Source: Armatimonadota bacterium
GTDB lineage: Bacteria > Armatimonadota > Fimbriimonadia > Fimbriimonadales > GBS-DC
Direction: 5' to 3'
Length of the DNA stretch: 64,000 nt
NCBI GenBank assembly: GCA_037445735.1
Contig: JBBIJY010000004.1
Span: 1 to 64,000 of the forward strand
In this document: one piece after another, positions 39,784-48,663 of the stretch
How the letters are laid out: each line of letters opens with the position of its first letter
How positions within the stretch are numbered: the stretch's first letter is position 1
Made by a program: the position numbers and the translations under genes
Notes under the pieces: model-generated
The model's input: the letters and a program-made list of their open reading frames with translations, nothing else
What the model was told of the DNA's origin: nothing
Database searches by the model: none

Positions 39784-40635
39784 ATGGGACACATTTTGCT
39801 GGTTTATAACGCGGGCAAGGCGGCGGCGGTGCGTCAGGCGCAGGAGGTCGCCCGCTGGCTGCGAGCGCGCGGCTATGAGGTGGTGCTGGCGGACCAGCAG
39901 ACGGCGATGGCGTGGGAGAGCCTGCCCGACCCGAACATCGCGCTGGTGGTCACCCTGGGGGGCGATGGCACGCTGTTGACGGCGGCGCATTTAGCCGCGC
40001 CAGCTGGCGTGCCGATTCTGGGCGTGCATCTGGGACGGTTCGGCTTCATTGCGCAGGTGGAACCTGACGAGTTGCAGGGCGCGCTGGAGCGGTGGCAGGC
40101 GGGCGACTGCACGGTGCAGGAGCGACTGATGGTGCAGGCGCGGGTGGCGGGCGAGGTGCGCCTCGCGTGGGCGCTAAACGAAATCGCGCTGCTGCGCCAT
40201 CCCACCTCGCCGATGCTCAACTTCGGCATCGCGATTAATGGGCTGCCGCTGACCACCTATCCCGCGGACGGCTCACTGGTGGCGACGCCGACCGGCTCCA
40301 CCGCCTACGCGCTGTCGGCAGGCGCACCCGTGATGCATCCCGCGACCGAGGCGCTGATTCTGACGCCCATCTCGCCCCACACGCTGGGCGCACGCCCACT
40401 GGTGCTGCCGCCCGACGCCCGCATCGACATCACCGTCGGTTGTGAGGCGACAGGCGACCCCGAAGTGCAGGTGCTGATCACCGCCGACGGACGCCGCCAC
40501 CAGTGGTTGACCGTCGGTCAAACGGTGAGCATCTCCGCTGCCCCCTTCCGCGCCAGGCTGCTCGTTTTTAACGAGAGTGAGTTCTTTGAGAAACTGCGCG
40601 ACCGCCTGCTGTGGGGCGCACGCGTGAATGAGTAG
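39784..40635 (+). CDS. nadK: NAD(+) kinase
   Basis: LGGDGTLL, ALNE, TPTGSTAYALSAG. Confidence 0.95.
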   Translation: MGHILLVYNAGKAAAVRQAQEVARWLRARGYEVVLADQQTAMAWESLPDPNIALVVTLGGDGTLLTAAHLAAPAGVPILGVHLGRFGFIAQVEPDELQGALERWQAGDCTVQERLMVQARVAGEVRLAWALNEIALLRHPTSPMLNFGIAINGLPLTTYPADGSLVATPTGSTAYALSAGAPVMHPATEALILTPISPHTLGARPLVLPPDARIDITVGCEATGDPEVQVLITADGRRHQWLTVGQTVSISAAPFRARLLVFNESEFFEKLRDRLLWGARVNE

Positions 40636-40644
40636 CTTGCGAAA

Positions 40645-40803
40645 ACCCCTCTCCTCCGCCTGCGGGGGAGAGGATGCGGGTGAGGGAGCTGACTCCACCT
40701 GCAAGCGGATGCAACCCCTCACCCCAACCCTCTCCCCAGAGGGGAGAGGGAGAAGTTAGCCCCTCTCCCCCGCCTGCGGGGGAGAGGGTACGGGTGAGGG
40801 GGC
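40645..40803. repeat. REP-like array between convergent genes
   Basis: Three CCTCTCC..GGGGAGAGG hairpins with GGGTGAGGG arms. Confidence 0.9.
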
Positions 40804-40809
40804 ATAACT

Positions 40810-41985
40810 TCAGCGCGGCGAAGAGACCCTGCCCGGTATTCGGTGAGTCGCGCGAATGCGAGCAACCTCTCTCTCCAGCACTTCCACCGCGCAGGTGAGG
40901 TCGTCGCGTGTGGTGTGGCGTCCCAGCGAGAAGCGGATGCCCTGCTGGGCGGCGTCTTCGTCCCAGCCGAGCGCGAGCAGCACATGGGAGGGTTCCAGCG
41001 AGCCAGCGCTGCACGCCGCGCCACTGCTCGCGGCAATCCCTGCCCTGTCGAGCGCAATCAGCAAGCTGTCGGACGGCACACCTGCGAACCGAAAGTGGGC
41101 GTTGCCAGGCAACCGCTGATGGGGATGCCCCGTGAGGGTGGCGTCGGGCACACGCTCCAGAACCTGCTGGATGAACTCGTCGCGCAGGGCGGTCAGCCGC
41201 AGGGATTCCGATTCGCGCACCAATTCGGCAATCGCGGTCGCCTTCGCGAAGCCGACGATGCCTGCCACATTTTCGGTGCCCGCGCGTCGCTCCCGCTCCT
41301 GACCACCCCCGACCATCAGCGGCTGCAACGGCGTGCCCGCGCGAACATAGAGCGCGCCCACACCCTTCGGTCCATAAATCTTGTGCGCCGAGATACTTAA
41401 CAGATCGCAGCCGATGGTCTCCACCTTCACAGGCAACAGCCCGAAGGTCTGAACGGCATCCACATGGAACAGCACGCCCCGCTCGCGGCAGACCGCGCCG
41501 ATTGCCTCCACGGGCTGAATCGTGCCGATCTCGTTATTCGCGTGCATCACCGACACCAGCCATGTGTCAGGGCGGATTCGGCGACGCACCTCGTTGGGGT
41601 CGACCTGCCCGAAAGAATCCACAGGGATCAGCTCCAGCTCGTAGCCGAAGGGGCGAAGCCACTCGGCGGCGTTCAGCACGGCGTGATGCTCAACGGCGGA
41701 GACGAGCAGGTGGCGGCGGTGGGGAGGCGCCTTGAGTGACGCGCCGATAATCGCCAGATTGCACGATTCGGTGCCCGACGAGACGAAGCAGATTTCAGCG
41801 GGGTCGCAGCCGAGCGCCTGCGCCAGCATCTCCCGTGCCTCGTCGATTGCCAGCCGCGCCTCACGACCCCAGCGGTGCAGGCTGGACGGATTGCCGAAGG
41901 CATCCGTCAGAAACGGCTCCATCGCCTGCTTCACCTGCGGATCTAACGGCGTGGTGGCAGCGTGATCGAGATAGACACGACGCAT
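40810..41985 (-). CDS. iscS: Cysteine desulfurase (IscS/NifS family)
   Basis: YLDHAATTP, GNPSSLH, HANNEIG, SAHKIYGPKGVG, SSGAACSAG. Confidence 0.93.
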   Translation of the reverse strand: MRRVYLDHAATTPLDPQVKQAMEPFLTDAFGNPSSLHRWGREARLAIDEAREMLAQALGCDPAEICFVSSGTESCNLAIIGASLKAPPHRRHLLVSAVEHHAVLNAAEWLRPFGYELELIPVDSFGQVDPNEVRRRIRPDTWLVSVMHANNEIGTIQPVEAIGAVCRERGVLFHVDAVQTFGLLPVKVETIGCDLLSISAHKIYGPKGVGALYVRAGTPLQPLMVGGGQERERRAGTENVAGIVGFAKATAIAELVRESESLRLTALRDEFIQQVLERVPDATLTGHPHQRLPGNAHFRFAGVPSDSLLIALDRAGIAASSGAACSAGSLEPSHVLLALGWDEDAAQQGIRFSLGRHTTRDDLTCAVEVLEREVARIRATHRIPGRVSSPR

Positions 41986-42045
41986 CTCTTCAAAGTGTAC
42001 CCCATATCCGGGGTATAATCTGCAGAATGCAGGAGGCGAGTGGGT

Positions 42046-42336
42046 ATGGCGCTGACGATTGAGCAGATGCGGCATGTGGCGAAGCTGGCGCGACTGGAAC
42101 TGCCCGACGAGAAACTGCAACAGTTGATGGGGCACATCAACGCCCTGATGGCGCACTTTGAGCGGCTGCAGTCGCTGCCCACCGAGACGGTGGAACCGAC
42201 CTCGCACTCGATCCCCGTCTATAACGCCTTTCGGGAGGATGTGCCGGGCACACCACTGCCGCGCGAGGACGCCTTAGCCAACGCCCCGCAAGCCCGCGAT
42301 GGGCTGTTTATCGTGCCCCGCATCGTGGAGGAGTAG
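42046..42336 (+). CDS. gatC: Asp/Glu-tRNA amidotransferase subunit C
   Basis: HVAKLARL, EPTSH, FRED, LANAP, VPRI; directly upstream of gatA. Confidence 0.95.
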   Translation: MALTIEQMRHVAKLARLELPDEKLQQLMGHINALMAHFERLQSLPTETVEPTSHSIPVYNAFREDVPGTPLPREDALANAPQARDGLFIVPRIVEE

Positions 42337-43812
42337 ATGGAACTGATTACGCGCAGCCTGTCGGAGCTGAGCGAGCTGCTGCGTCGGCGCGAAATCTCCG
42401 CGATGGAGCTGACCGACGCCGTGATTCAACAGATTGATCGGCTGGAGCCGACCATTCAGGCTTACATCACGCTTGTGCCCGAACAGGCGCGCGCGATGGC
42501 GCGTCAGGCGCAGGCGCGACTGGATGCAGGCGAATGGAACCCGCTGTTGGGCATCCCTGTTGCGATAAAAGACAACATCAGCACGCGCGGCATCCGCACC
42601 ACCTGCGCCTCGCGCATTCTGCACAACTATGTGCCACCCTATGACGCCACCGTCACGGCGCGGCTGAAGGCGGCAGGCGCCGTGATTCTGGGCAAGACCA
42701 ATATGGACGAGTTCGCGATGGGCAGCTCCACTGAGTACTCGGCGTTCCATCCGACGCGCAACCCGTGGGATTTATCGCGTGTGCCCGGCGGCTCGTCGGG
42801 CGGTTCGGCAGCGGCAGTCGTTGCGCAGATGGCGGTCGCCGCGCTCGGCTCCGACACGGGCGGCTCCATTCGTCAGCCTGCCGCCTACTGCGGCGCAGTC
42901 GGACTGAAACCGACCTATGGGCGCGTCAGTCGCTACGGTCTGATCGCCTACGCCTCCTCACTGGATCAGATTGGTCCCATCACGCGAACCGTCGCCGACT
43001 GCGCCCTGATGATGAATGTGATTGCGGGCAAGGATCCGCTGGACGCCACCAGCGTGGATGTGCCCGTGCCCGATTATCGGGAGGCGTTGCGCCCTGAAGT
43101 GAAGGGCATGCGGTTGGGCGTGCCGTGCGAGTTCTTCGCGCAGGGCGTTCAGTTAGAGGTCGCGCAGGTGGTGCGTGCGGCTATCGATCGGCTCGCCGAT
43201 GAAGGCGCAATAGTGGAGGAGACCTCCATCCCGATGGTGGAATATGGGCTGCCCACCTACTACATTCTCGCGCCAGCTGAATGCTCTTCGAATCTGGCAC
43301 GGTACGATGGCGTGCGCTACGGGCTGCGCGAGGGCGCGGAGCGGGGGCATGTCGGCATGATGGAGCGCACCCGCGCCGCCGGCTTCGGCGACGAGGTTAT
43401 CCAGCGCATTATCATCGGCACTTACGCGCTCTCCGCCGGCTACTACGATGCCTACTATCTCAAGGCGCAGAAGGCGCGCACCCTGCTGCGCCAGGAGTTT
43501 GACCGCGCGATGGCACAATTTGATGCGCTGCTGTGCCCCACCGCGCCGACGCCCGCCTTCAAAATCGGCGAGCTGGTGAGCGACCCACTCGCCATGAAAC
43601 TGATGGATGTGCTGACCATCCCCATCAATCTCACGGGCGTGCCCGCGCTCTCGGTGCCATGCGGCTTCGTGGACGGTCTGCCCGTCGGACTGCAGATTAT
43701 CGGTAAGCCGTTCGATGAAATGACCGTGCTGCGCATCGGCTACGCCTGGGAGCAGATGGCGAACCTGCAGGAGCCGTTGCGTACTCCGCGCGGCTTGCAG
43801 ACCATCGCCTGA
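42337..43812 (+). CDS. gatA: Asp/Glu-tRNA amidotransferase subunit A
   Basis: GKTNMDEFAMGSS, PGGSSGGS, GSDTGGSIRQPA, SSNLARYDG, GYYDAYY. Confidence 0.97.
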   Translation: MELITRSLSELSELLRRREISAMELTDAVIQQIDRLEPTIQAYITLVPEQARAMARQAQARLDAGEWNPLLGIPVAIKDNISTRGIRTTCASRILHNYVPPYDATVTARLKAAGAVILGKTNMDEFAMGSSTEYSAFHPTRNPWDLSRVPGGSSGGSAAAVVAQMAVAALGSDTGGSIRQPAAYCGAVGLKPTYGRVSRYGLIAYASSLDQIGPITRTVADCALMMNVIAGKDPLDATSVDVPVPDYREALRPEVKGMRLGVPCEFFAQGVQLEVAQVVRAAIDRLADEGAIVEETSIPMVEYGLPTYYILAPAECSSNLARYDGVRYGLREGAERGHVGMMERTRAAGFGDEVIQRIIIGTYALSAGYYDAYYLKAQKARTLLRQEFDRAMAQFDALLCPTAPTPAFKIGELVSDPLAMKLMDVLTIPINLTGVPALSVPCGFVDGLPVGLQIIGKPFDEMTVLRIGYAWEQMANLQEPLRTPRGLQTIA

Positions 43813-43817
43813 ACCGT

Positions 43818-45662
43818 TCAGCAGCCGCCACCGAAATCAAACAGCACCATCAACAGGTCCGCATCGTCCACAGCGCCGTCCCAGTTCAGATCGGTCTGGC
43901 GGTAGCCAGTGCCGCCGAAGTTGAACAGCACCATTAGCAAATCGGCGTCATCCACGCAGCCATCGCGGTTCGCATCGCCCTGCAGGCGTCGCTCCCAGCG
44001 ATAGTCGTTTCCCATCGCCTCACGCCAGTCCTGAATCGTGTTCCATTTGCCCTGGATGTAGTAGCCATCGTACGGCGGCCAGCGATAAAGGCACAGCGCG
44101 CGAATCACCGGATTGCCCACCACGCGGTTCCAATCGTTGATCTCGCGATAGGCGTTTTTGATCCAGCCGTTGTTCACATCGGGCCATGGCTCGCCCATGT
44201 TGCTCTCGGTGATGAACACGGGCAGATGGCGCAGCGACGGCGGGATGCGACTGAGCAGATTGCGATACACACGAAAGTGGAAATAGACCTCCTCATAGGG
44301 CGGATCCATGCGTTGCTCGCTGAAGATGAGATTGGGGTCGGAGCCGTGTGTGTAGGCGTGCAGGATGAAGCCATCCTGCTCGCTGCCCAGCGCCTGAACC
44401 ACCTGCGCCCAGTAGTCCAGAAAGCCAGGGATGCCATATTCGGGGAAGGGCGGGGCATAGGGCGCCACTGGCGCCGCGCACACGATGTCATCTTCGTGCC
44501 CCGGTACCGATTTGATGGCGTTGCGGCACAGGCGAAACGCCTGCACATAGCGCTCGACGGTAATCGGCTCGCCGCTCTGACCGCCTGGCCATTCCGGAGG
44601 GATGTTCGGTTCGTTGCCAATAATCCAGATGTGGGGTGCGCCCTGTGAGGCGCGCACGAAGTTCGCCACACGCTGCGCGAAGTTTGCGTACTCCGCGTGG
44701 GGTGGCAGCGTGCCGAGAGGGTAATAGCCGTAATTAAGGCGCACAATCACGCCGTGCCCCGCGCTCGTCCACGCACGATAGTCGCCCCCACGCTGATCGC
44801 TGGGATCGCTGCCCAGCCCCTCCGTGAACAGGATCCAGATACGCTTGCCAGCCGATTCGGCAACGAACTCGCCGCCTGGCTCATGCATCCCGAATATCCA
44901 GGGCGGATCCACCGGGTCGGTGGGCAGTGGCACAATCTGCACATCGTCAATATAGACCACATAGGGGCGGTTATCGGCGGGATTGACAGGCGTGAACGCC
45001 AGATGTTCCAGCGTGCCTGTGCGCCCATCCAGCGTGCCGTTTGCCGATGCGCCGGCAAAGGGACGCACTGGCTCACTCAGGGGGTCAAACACCACCCGCA
45101 CCCAGCGGTCTTTCTCGGTGATCAGCTTGCCGATAGGTGGATTGTTCATATCGCCCGATGTGGCACCAATCCATTCGATTCCGCCTGTTGTGCCGCCGTT
45201 CGCGCCGTAGGCGGCTCTGGTGCCCGTTTCCCGCACGCCCAGCGTCAGATAGAAATCGGGCGTGCCCGACGGCACATAGAGCCACACCGCTATCGGGCGG
45301 CGGAAGCTGACGGTGGGGTTCGCATAGTGCAGGGTGTTGAAGGTGGTCAATCGCAGCCATGCGCGCGCGTTGCCGTTGAACTGCCACATCACCTTCAACG
45401 ATTGGGTGCCGCCGGGTGTATGGTTCTGCTCGCTGGTGGTCAGGGCGCAGTTCGGTCCTGCACCACATGAGCCTGTGTAAGCCAGAAAACCGCTGGTGGA
45501 CCCCGAAAAGCTCGGCTGGCGGAACATCACCGCCCCATTCAGGTTCGCTGCGAAGCCCTCAAAGTCCGTGATTCGCCCCTGCGCGTGCGCGATGCAGACA
45601 AGCCCTGCGCCCATCAGCATTAGCAACGCCCGTATCCCACGCTGATTGTTTCCCTTTCGCAT
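43818..45662 (-). CDS. Secreted glycoside-hydrolase-like protein with a C-terminal dockerin-like module
   Basis: Signal peptide; WIIGNEPN and VFITE (clan GH-A-like acid/base and nucleophile); GDANRDGCVDDADLL..GGGC. Confidence 0.75.
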   Translation of the reverse strand: MRKGNNQRGIRALLMLMGAGLVCIAHAQGRITDFEGFAANLNGAVMFRQPSFSGSTSGFLAYTGSCGAGPNCALTTSEQNHTPGGTQSLKVMWQFNGNARAWLRLTTFNTLHYANPTVSFRRPIAVWLYVPSGTPDFYLTLGVRETGTRAAYGANGGTTGGIEWIGATSGDMNNPPIGKLITEKDRWVRVVFDPLSEPVRPFAGASANGTLDGRTGTLEHLAFTPVNPADNRPYVVYIDDVQIVPLPTDPVDPPWIFGMHEPGGEFVAESAGKRIWILFTEGLGSDPSDQRGGDYRAWTSAGHGVIVRLNYGYYPLGTLPPHAEYANFAQRVANFVRASQGAPHIWIIGNEPNIPPEWPGGQSGEPITVERYVQAFRLCRNAIKSVPGHEDDIVCAAPVAPYAPPFPEYGIPGFLDYWAQVVQALGSEQDGFILHAYTHGSDPNLIFSEQRMDPPYEEVYFHFRVYRNLLSRIPPSLRHLPVFITESNMGEPWPDVNNGWIKNAYREINDWNRVVGNPVIRALCLYRWPPYDGYYIQGKWNTIQDWREAMGNDYRWERRLQGDANRDGCVDDADLLMVLFNFGGTGYRQTDLNWDGAVDDADLLMVLFDFGGGC

Positions 45663-45827
45663 CTTATGCGCTCCCTGTGGTTAATCCATACGCATTGTCA
45701 CCAGCGTTCTCCTGCCAGCCATCAAAGGGGGAAAGAATGTCGGGGCTTTCCCATCACGGGGTATCGCTTTCGAATCTGCTCACGCAGGCAAATGGCGATT
45801 GGTAGATAGCTTTGGGCGGTTCCGTCA

Positions 45828-46697
45828 TCAGCGCTGGCGGAACTCGATAACTCCTCGCGAGATCTCGCCTTTGAGTATCCATTCGACGCTGTTTTGTTCG
45901 GCGAGCCGTTTGGTGGTTGCTGTTGCCCACACTTCGCCAATCACAACTGGAATGGCGTCTACACCCGCACGGCGCAGAGTGTCGGCACGCTGGCGTGCGC
46001 GCAACACATCACGGCGATTGACCTTGAGGGCGACCTCCACCACGGCGACCCGATCCTGCTTCCACCAGATGAGGTCTGCCAGCGTGGGGTCGCTTTCCTC
46101 ATCGGGATAGCCATCCTCTTCGGGTGGCAGGCGCTGGAGCCACTCCCGCAATCGTTGCTTTACATGCGGATCGTCCGTCTGTCCGCCGTCACCACCGTTC
46201 AGCAGGCGCACGGCGCGTTTGGCAATCTGTCTTTCGAATCGTTCGCCCGCGCGGCGTCCCTCCTCGCCCTCGCGCCACTTCCGCATCTCTTCAAAGTCGC
46301 GCTCCAGCCGCTCCTGCGACGCCATGACTCGGTTCAGCAGCTCATCGTGGCGCTGGAGCAATTCATCGTGGCGCTGGAGCAGTTCCGCAAATCGCCGCTG
46401 CTCGGCTATCATCTGCTGGAGCAGCTCATCGTGGTGTTGCAATCGTTCATCGTGGCGCTGGAGCAGTTCCGCAAATCGCCGCTGCTCGGCTGCCAGCTCG
46501 TGAACCAGCGCGGGCAGCTGGAGCAGTTCATCCTGCAGGATGAGGCGACGCGCCGCGTCACGCAGCTCCGCCCGCTGCTCCAGCAGGCGAATCAGCGTTC
46601 GCTCATTGACCAGTCGCTCCTGCAACGCCTCTGCCCACTCTGGATGCTCATCCAGCAGGCGAATAAGGCTTTCCAGATCAGCAACGGAAAGTGGCAT
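45828..46697 (-). CDS. Coiled-coil heptad-repeat protein with a C-terminal PD-(D/E)xK nuclease-like domain
   Basis: LLDEHPEW N-terminus, QRHDELL repeats, ADLIW..VVEVALKV..DVLRARQRA. Confidence 0.75.
   Translation of the reverse strand: MPLSVADLESLIRLLDEHPEWAEALQERLVNERTLIRLLEQRAELRDAARRLILQDELLQLPALVHELAAEQRRFAELLQRHDERLQHHDELLQQMIAEQRRFAELLQRHDELLQRHDELLNRVMASQERLERDFEEMRKWREGEEGRRAGERFERQIAKRAVRLLNGGDGGQTDDPHVKQRLREWLQRLPPEEDGYPDEESDPTLADLIWWKQDRVAVVEVALKVNRRDVLRARQRADTLRRAGVDAIPVVIGEVWATATTKRLAEQNSVEWILKGEISRGVIEFRQR
46336..46495. repeat. Intragenic 21-bp-unit tandem repeats with an ~84-bp duplication
   Basis: Repeated TCATCGTGGCGCTGGAGCA and two copies of GTTCCGCAAATCGCCGCTGCTCGGCT. Confidence 0.85.
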
Positions 46698-46733
46698 GCC
46701 TTGCCCAAATTATACCATGGGATGGTGTGATAG

Positions 46734-46758
46734 TGGGGACGCGACGGTCGCGTCCCCA
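46734..46758. repeat. Strong hairpin downstream of the Ro60 gene (terminator or REP-like)
   Basis: TGGGGACGCGAC-G-GTCGCGTCCCCA, a perfect inverted repeat. Confidence 0.6.
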
Positions 46759-46769
46759 TGTGGATGGGT

Positions 46770-48353
46770 TCACAGGTTGCCCTGCACGAACTCGGCGATT
46801 GCGTTTGGCGTGCTGGGGTCGAACCCCACCACATCGAGCATGCCGGCGTCGCTGGGGTCGGCGATAGTGAACGGGTTCGCCAGCATGCCGACCACCACCA
46901 GTCGGGCAGGGATACCTGTTGCCCCGCGATACATGCGCAGCGCTTCGACGGGATGCACTGCACCGTACCAGGTCTCCGAGTCGGTGTAGATGATGAAGGC
47001 GTCCGCCTCCACCCCGCGCTCGAGCGCCCAGAGCATCGGCAGGGCGCAGTCGGTTGCGCCAAACGGCAGGCTGGCAAGGTAACCCATCGCCTGCTCCAGC
47101 GGCATCTCAGGGGTCAGCTCCAGCGGAATCAGCTGGTGCGAGAAACCGACCACCTGGGCGCCCGTCTCCACATTCAGCGTGACGAGCGCGAGGGCTGCAC
47201 TGGCAGCACGCGGGGTCAGCCCAACGATGCCGCCCACATGACCCCAGCCCATCGAGCCAGAGATGTCAAGCGCCAGCACGAGCCGCTTGCCGGTGGGCAC
47301 CACATTTTCGAAGGTGGCGTAGAACGCCCTGTTGAGTGCCTTCACGATGGCGGGCACTGGCTGCCATGCACCACTGCCGCGTCCGCCGTAGCCGCGCTCA
47401 TAGGTCACCAGTGCAGTTAGTACCTGCAGCGGGTGAACCCGTGCCTGGCGCAGGCGCGCGCGGTCGTTGAGCTGCTTCACCACGAAGCGTGCGGCGTCGC
47501 TACCCTTTGTGAGCAGTCCCACGCGCGTCATCGTGGCGAGGTTGCGAATCATCGCCGTCATCGGCATCGCGGGCAGCAGCGCATCCCACACCGCCGCCGA
47601 GGTCAGCAGGTGGGTGGGCACAACCTCGCGCGGCAGCGCGTGATCACGAATCAGTCGCACCGCCTCCTGTAGCGGCAGATCGGGCTGATTCAGCCACTCG
47701 ACCGCCTCCAGGTACGCGCCGACCTCCGCAGGCAGCTCGGCTGCCACCTCGCGCGTGAGGATGTAGCGATAGAGCGCGTTGCGCCCGGCGGTGTCTGCCT
47801 TCGGGTGCGCCAGACGCAACAGGTCGCGGTGCGACCAGCCGTAGCGCTGGCGATACTTGGTGACCTGATAAGCCAGCTCGCGCAGCTCCCGTGTCTGATA
47901 CCAGCGTGCCACTGCGCGGCGCAACGCCCGCCCCCAGCCGCGCAGCTGCGTCAGGTAATCGATGAGGGTGAACAGATGGGTTCCTGTGCGCACGATGCGC
48001 GGCATCGCCTCAAGCGCGAGCGCGCGAACCTCGTCGCGCCCCGACGCTAGGGCGAGCGCCAGCACGAACAGCGCAGGATCGTTCTTGTAGGCGCGACCCT
48101 GCTCGCTGATCTCGGCAGTGCGCGCCAGCACATATGCCGGCTCGCGATAGAGCAGCTCCAGCACCGCCTTCGCGTTATCCAGCGTCAGGCGCTGCTCCGA
48201 CACATAGTAGGTTCCGCCCTCTGTGCCGAGAATAAGGAACCTGTCCAGCTGCTGGCGCGGCTCCAGCGGATAGGCAAAGCCACCCGCATAGTTGCGCACC
48301 TGCCCTGTCAGTGCCACGCGCTGCGTGCGCGAAAGAGACCCTGGGATTCGCAT
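46770..48353 (-). CDS. Ro60/Rsr TROVE-domain RNA-binding protein with vWA domain
   Basis: NYAGGF, RFLILGTEGGTYY, RTGTHLF, GWGRALRR, KYRQRYGWSHRDLLRLAHP, LDISGSM, GATDCALPM, YTDSET, MLDVVGFD; GGGGAG RBS before ATG 48353. Confidence 0.96.
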   Translation of the reverse strand: MRIPGSLSRTQRVALTGQVRNYAGGFAYPLEPRQQLDRFLILGTEGGTYYVSEQRLTLDNAKAVLELLYREPAYVLARTAEISEQGRAYKNDPALFVLALALASGRDEVRALALEAMPRIVRTGTHLFTLIDYLTQLRGWGRALRRAVARWYQTRELRELAYQVTKYRQRYGWSHRDLLRLAHPKADTAGRNALYRYILTREVAAELPAEVGAYLEAVEWLNQPDLPLQEAVRLIRDHALPREVVPTHLLTSAAVWDALLPAMPMTAMIRNLATMTRVGLLTKGSDAARFVVKQLNDRARLRQARVHPLQVLTALVTYERGYGGRGSGAWQPVPAIVKALNRAFYATFENVVPTGKRLVLALDISGSMGWGHVGGIVGLTPRAASAALALVTLNVETGAQVVGFSHQLIPLELTPEMPLEQAMGYLASLPFGATDCALPMLWALERGVEADAFIIYTDSETWYGAVHPVEALRMYRGATGIPARLVVVGMLANPFTIADPSDAGMLDVVGFDPSTPNAIAEFVQGNL

Positions 48354-48387
48354 AGTATCTACTCCCCCTGAGCTCTGGTTTTTAGAG

Positions 48388-48569
48388 CGGGAGGCGGGCG
48401 GGGGGAGGTCGAACCCCCCAACAGCCAGCAGGCTGGGCGACCGATAACCATCTCCGTCCGACCCGGCGGATAAAGAGGCGGCAGACGGGGGCAGCGCGTC
48501 CTCAACGCGATAACCATCTGCCTTCGACCCGCTGGATAAATAGGTGGAGACGGCAAACCCGCACTCCCG
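48388..48569 (-). ncRNA. Y RNA-like (Yrl-type) tRNA-mimic RNA with duplicated Ro-site-like modules
   Basis: Immediately upstream of Ro60; GGGTCGAAG and GGGTCGGAC motifs, T-arm-like GGGGGG-TTCGACCT-CCCCCC, terminal stem CGGGAG(T)GCGGG/CCCGCCTCCCG. Confidence 0.82.
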
Positions 48570-48663
48570 TTTCCCCTGCAACGGCAGAGGAACAGGCATT
48601 TTTAACGGCATCTTGCGCCAGAAAGTTCCCGCCATGCCCGCAGTGGGTATCCTTTACACCGTC

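Noticed and set aside
45663-45828. Riboswitch upstream of the GH-like gene
   Set aside because: Some hairpin potential, but no recognisable aptamer consensus.
48388-48440. Bona fide tRNA gene
   Set aside because: It has a T-arm-like hairpin and a terminal stem, but no D arm, anticodon arm or CCA; a Y RNA explains it better.
48443-48553. Mini CRISPR array
   Set aside because: Only two imperfect ~45-nt repeats with a 20-nt gap, no cas genes, and the differences are compensatory for RNA pairing.
48605-48625. Sigma54 (RtcR-type) promoter for the Ro60 locus
   Set aside because: TGGCGCAAGATGC has 8 nt rather than 10 nt between GG and GC.
48354-48635. N-terminal extension of Ro60 (ORF-track start 48635)
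   Set aside because: Ro60 similarity begins after ATG 48353, which has an RBS; the extension overlaps the structured RNA.
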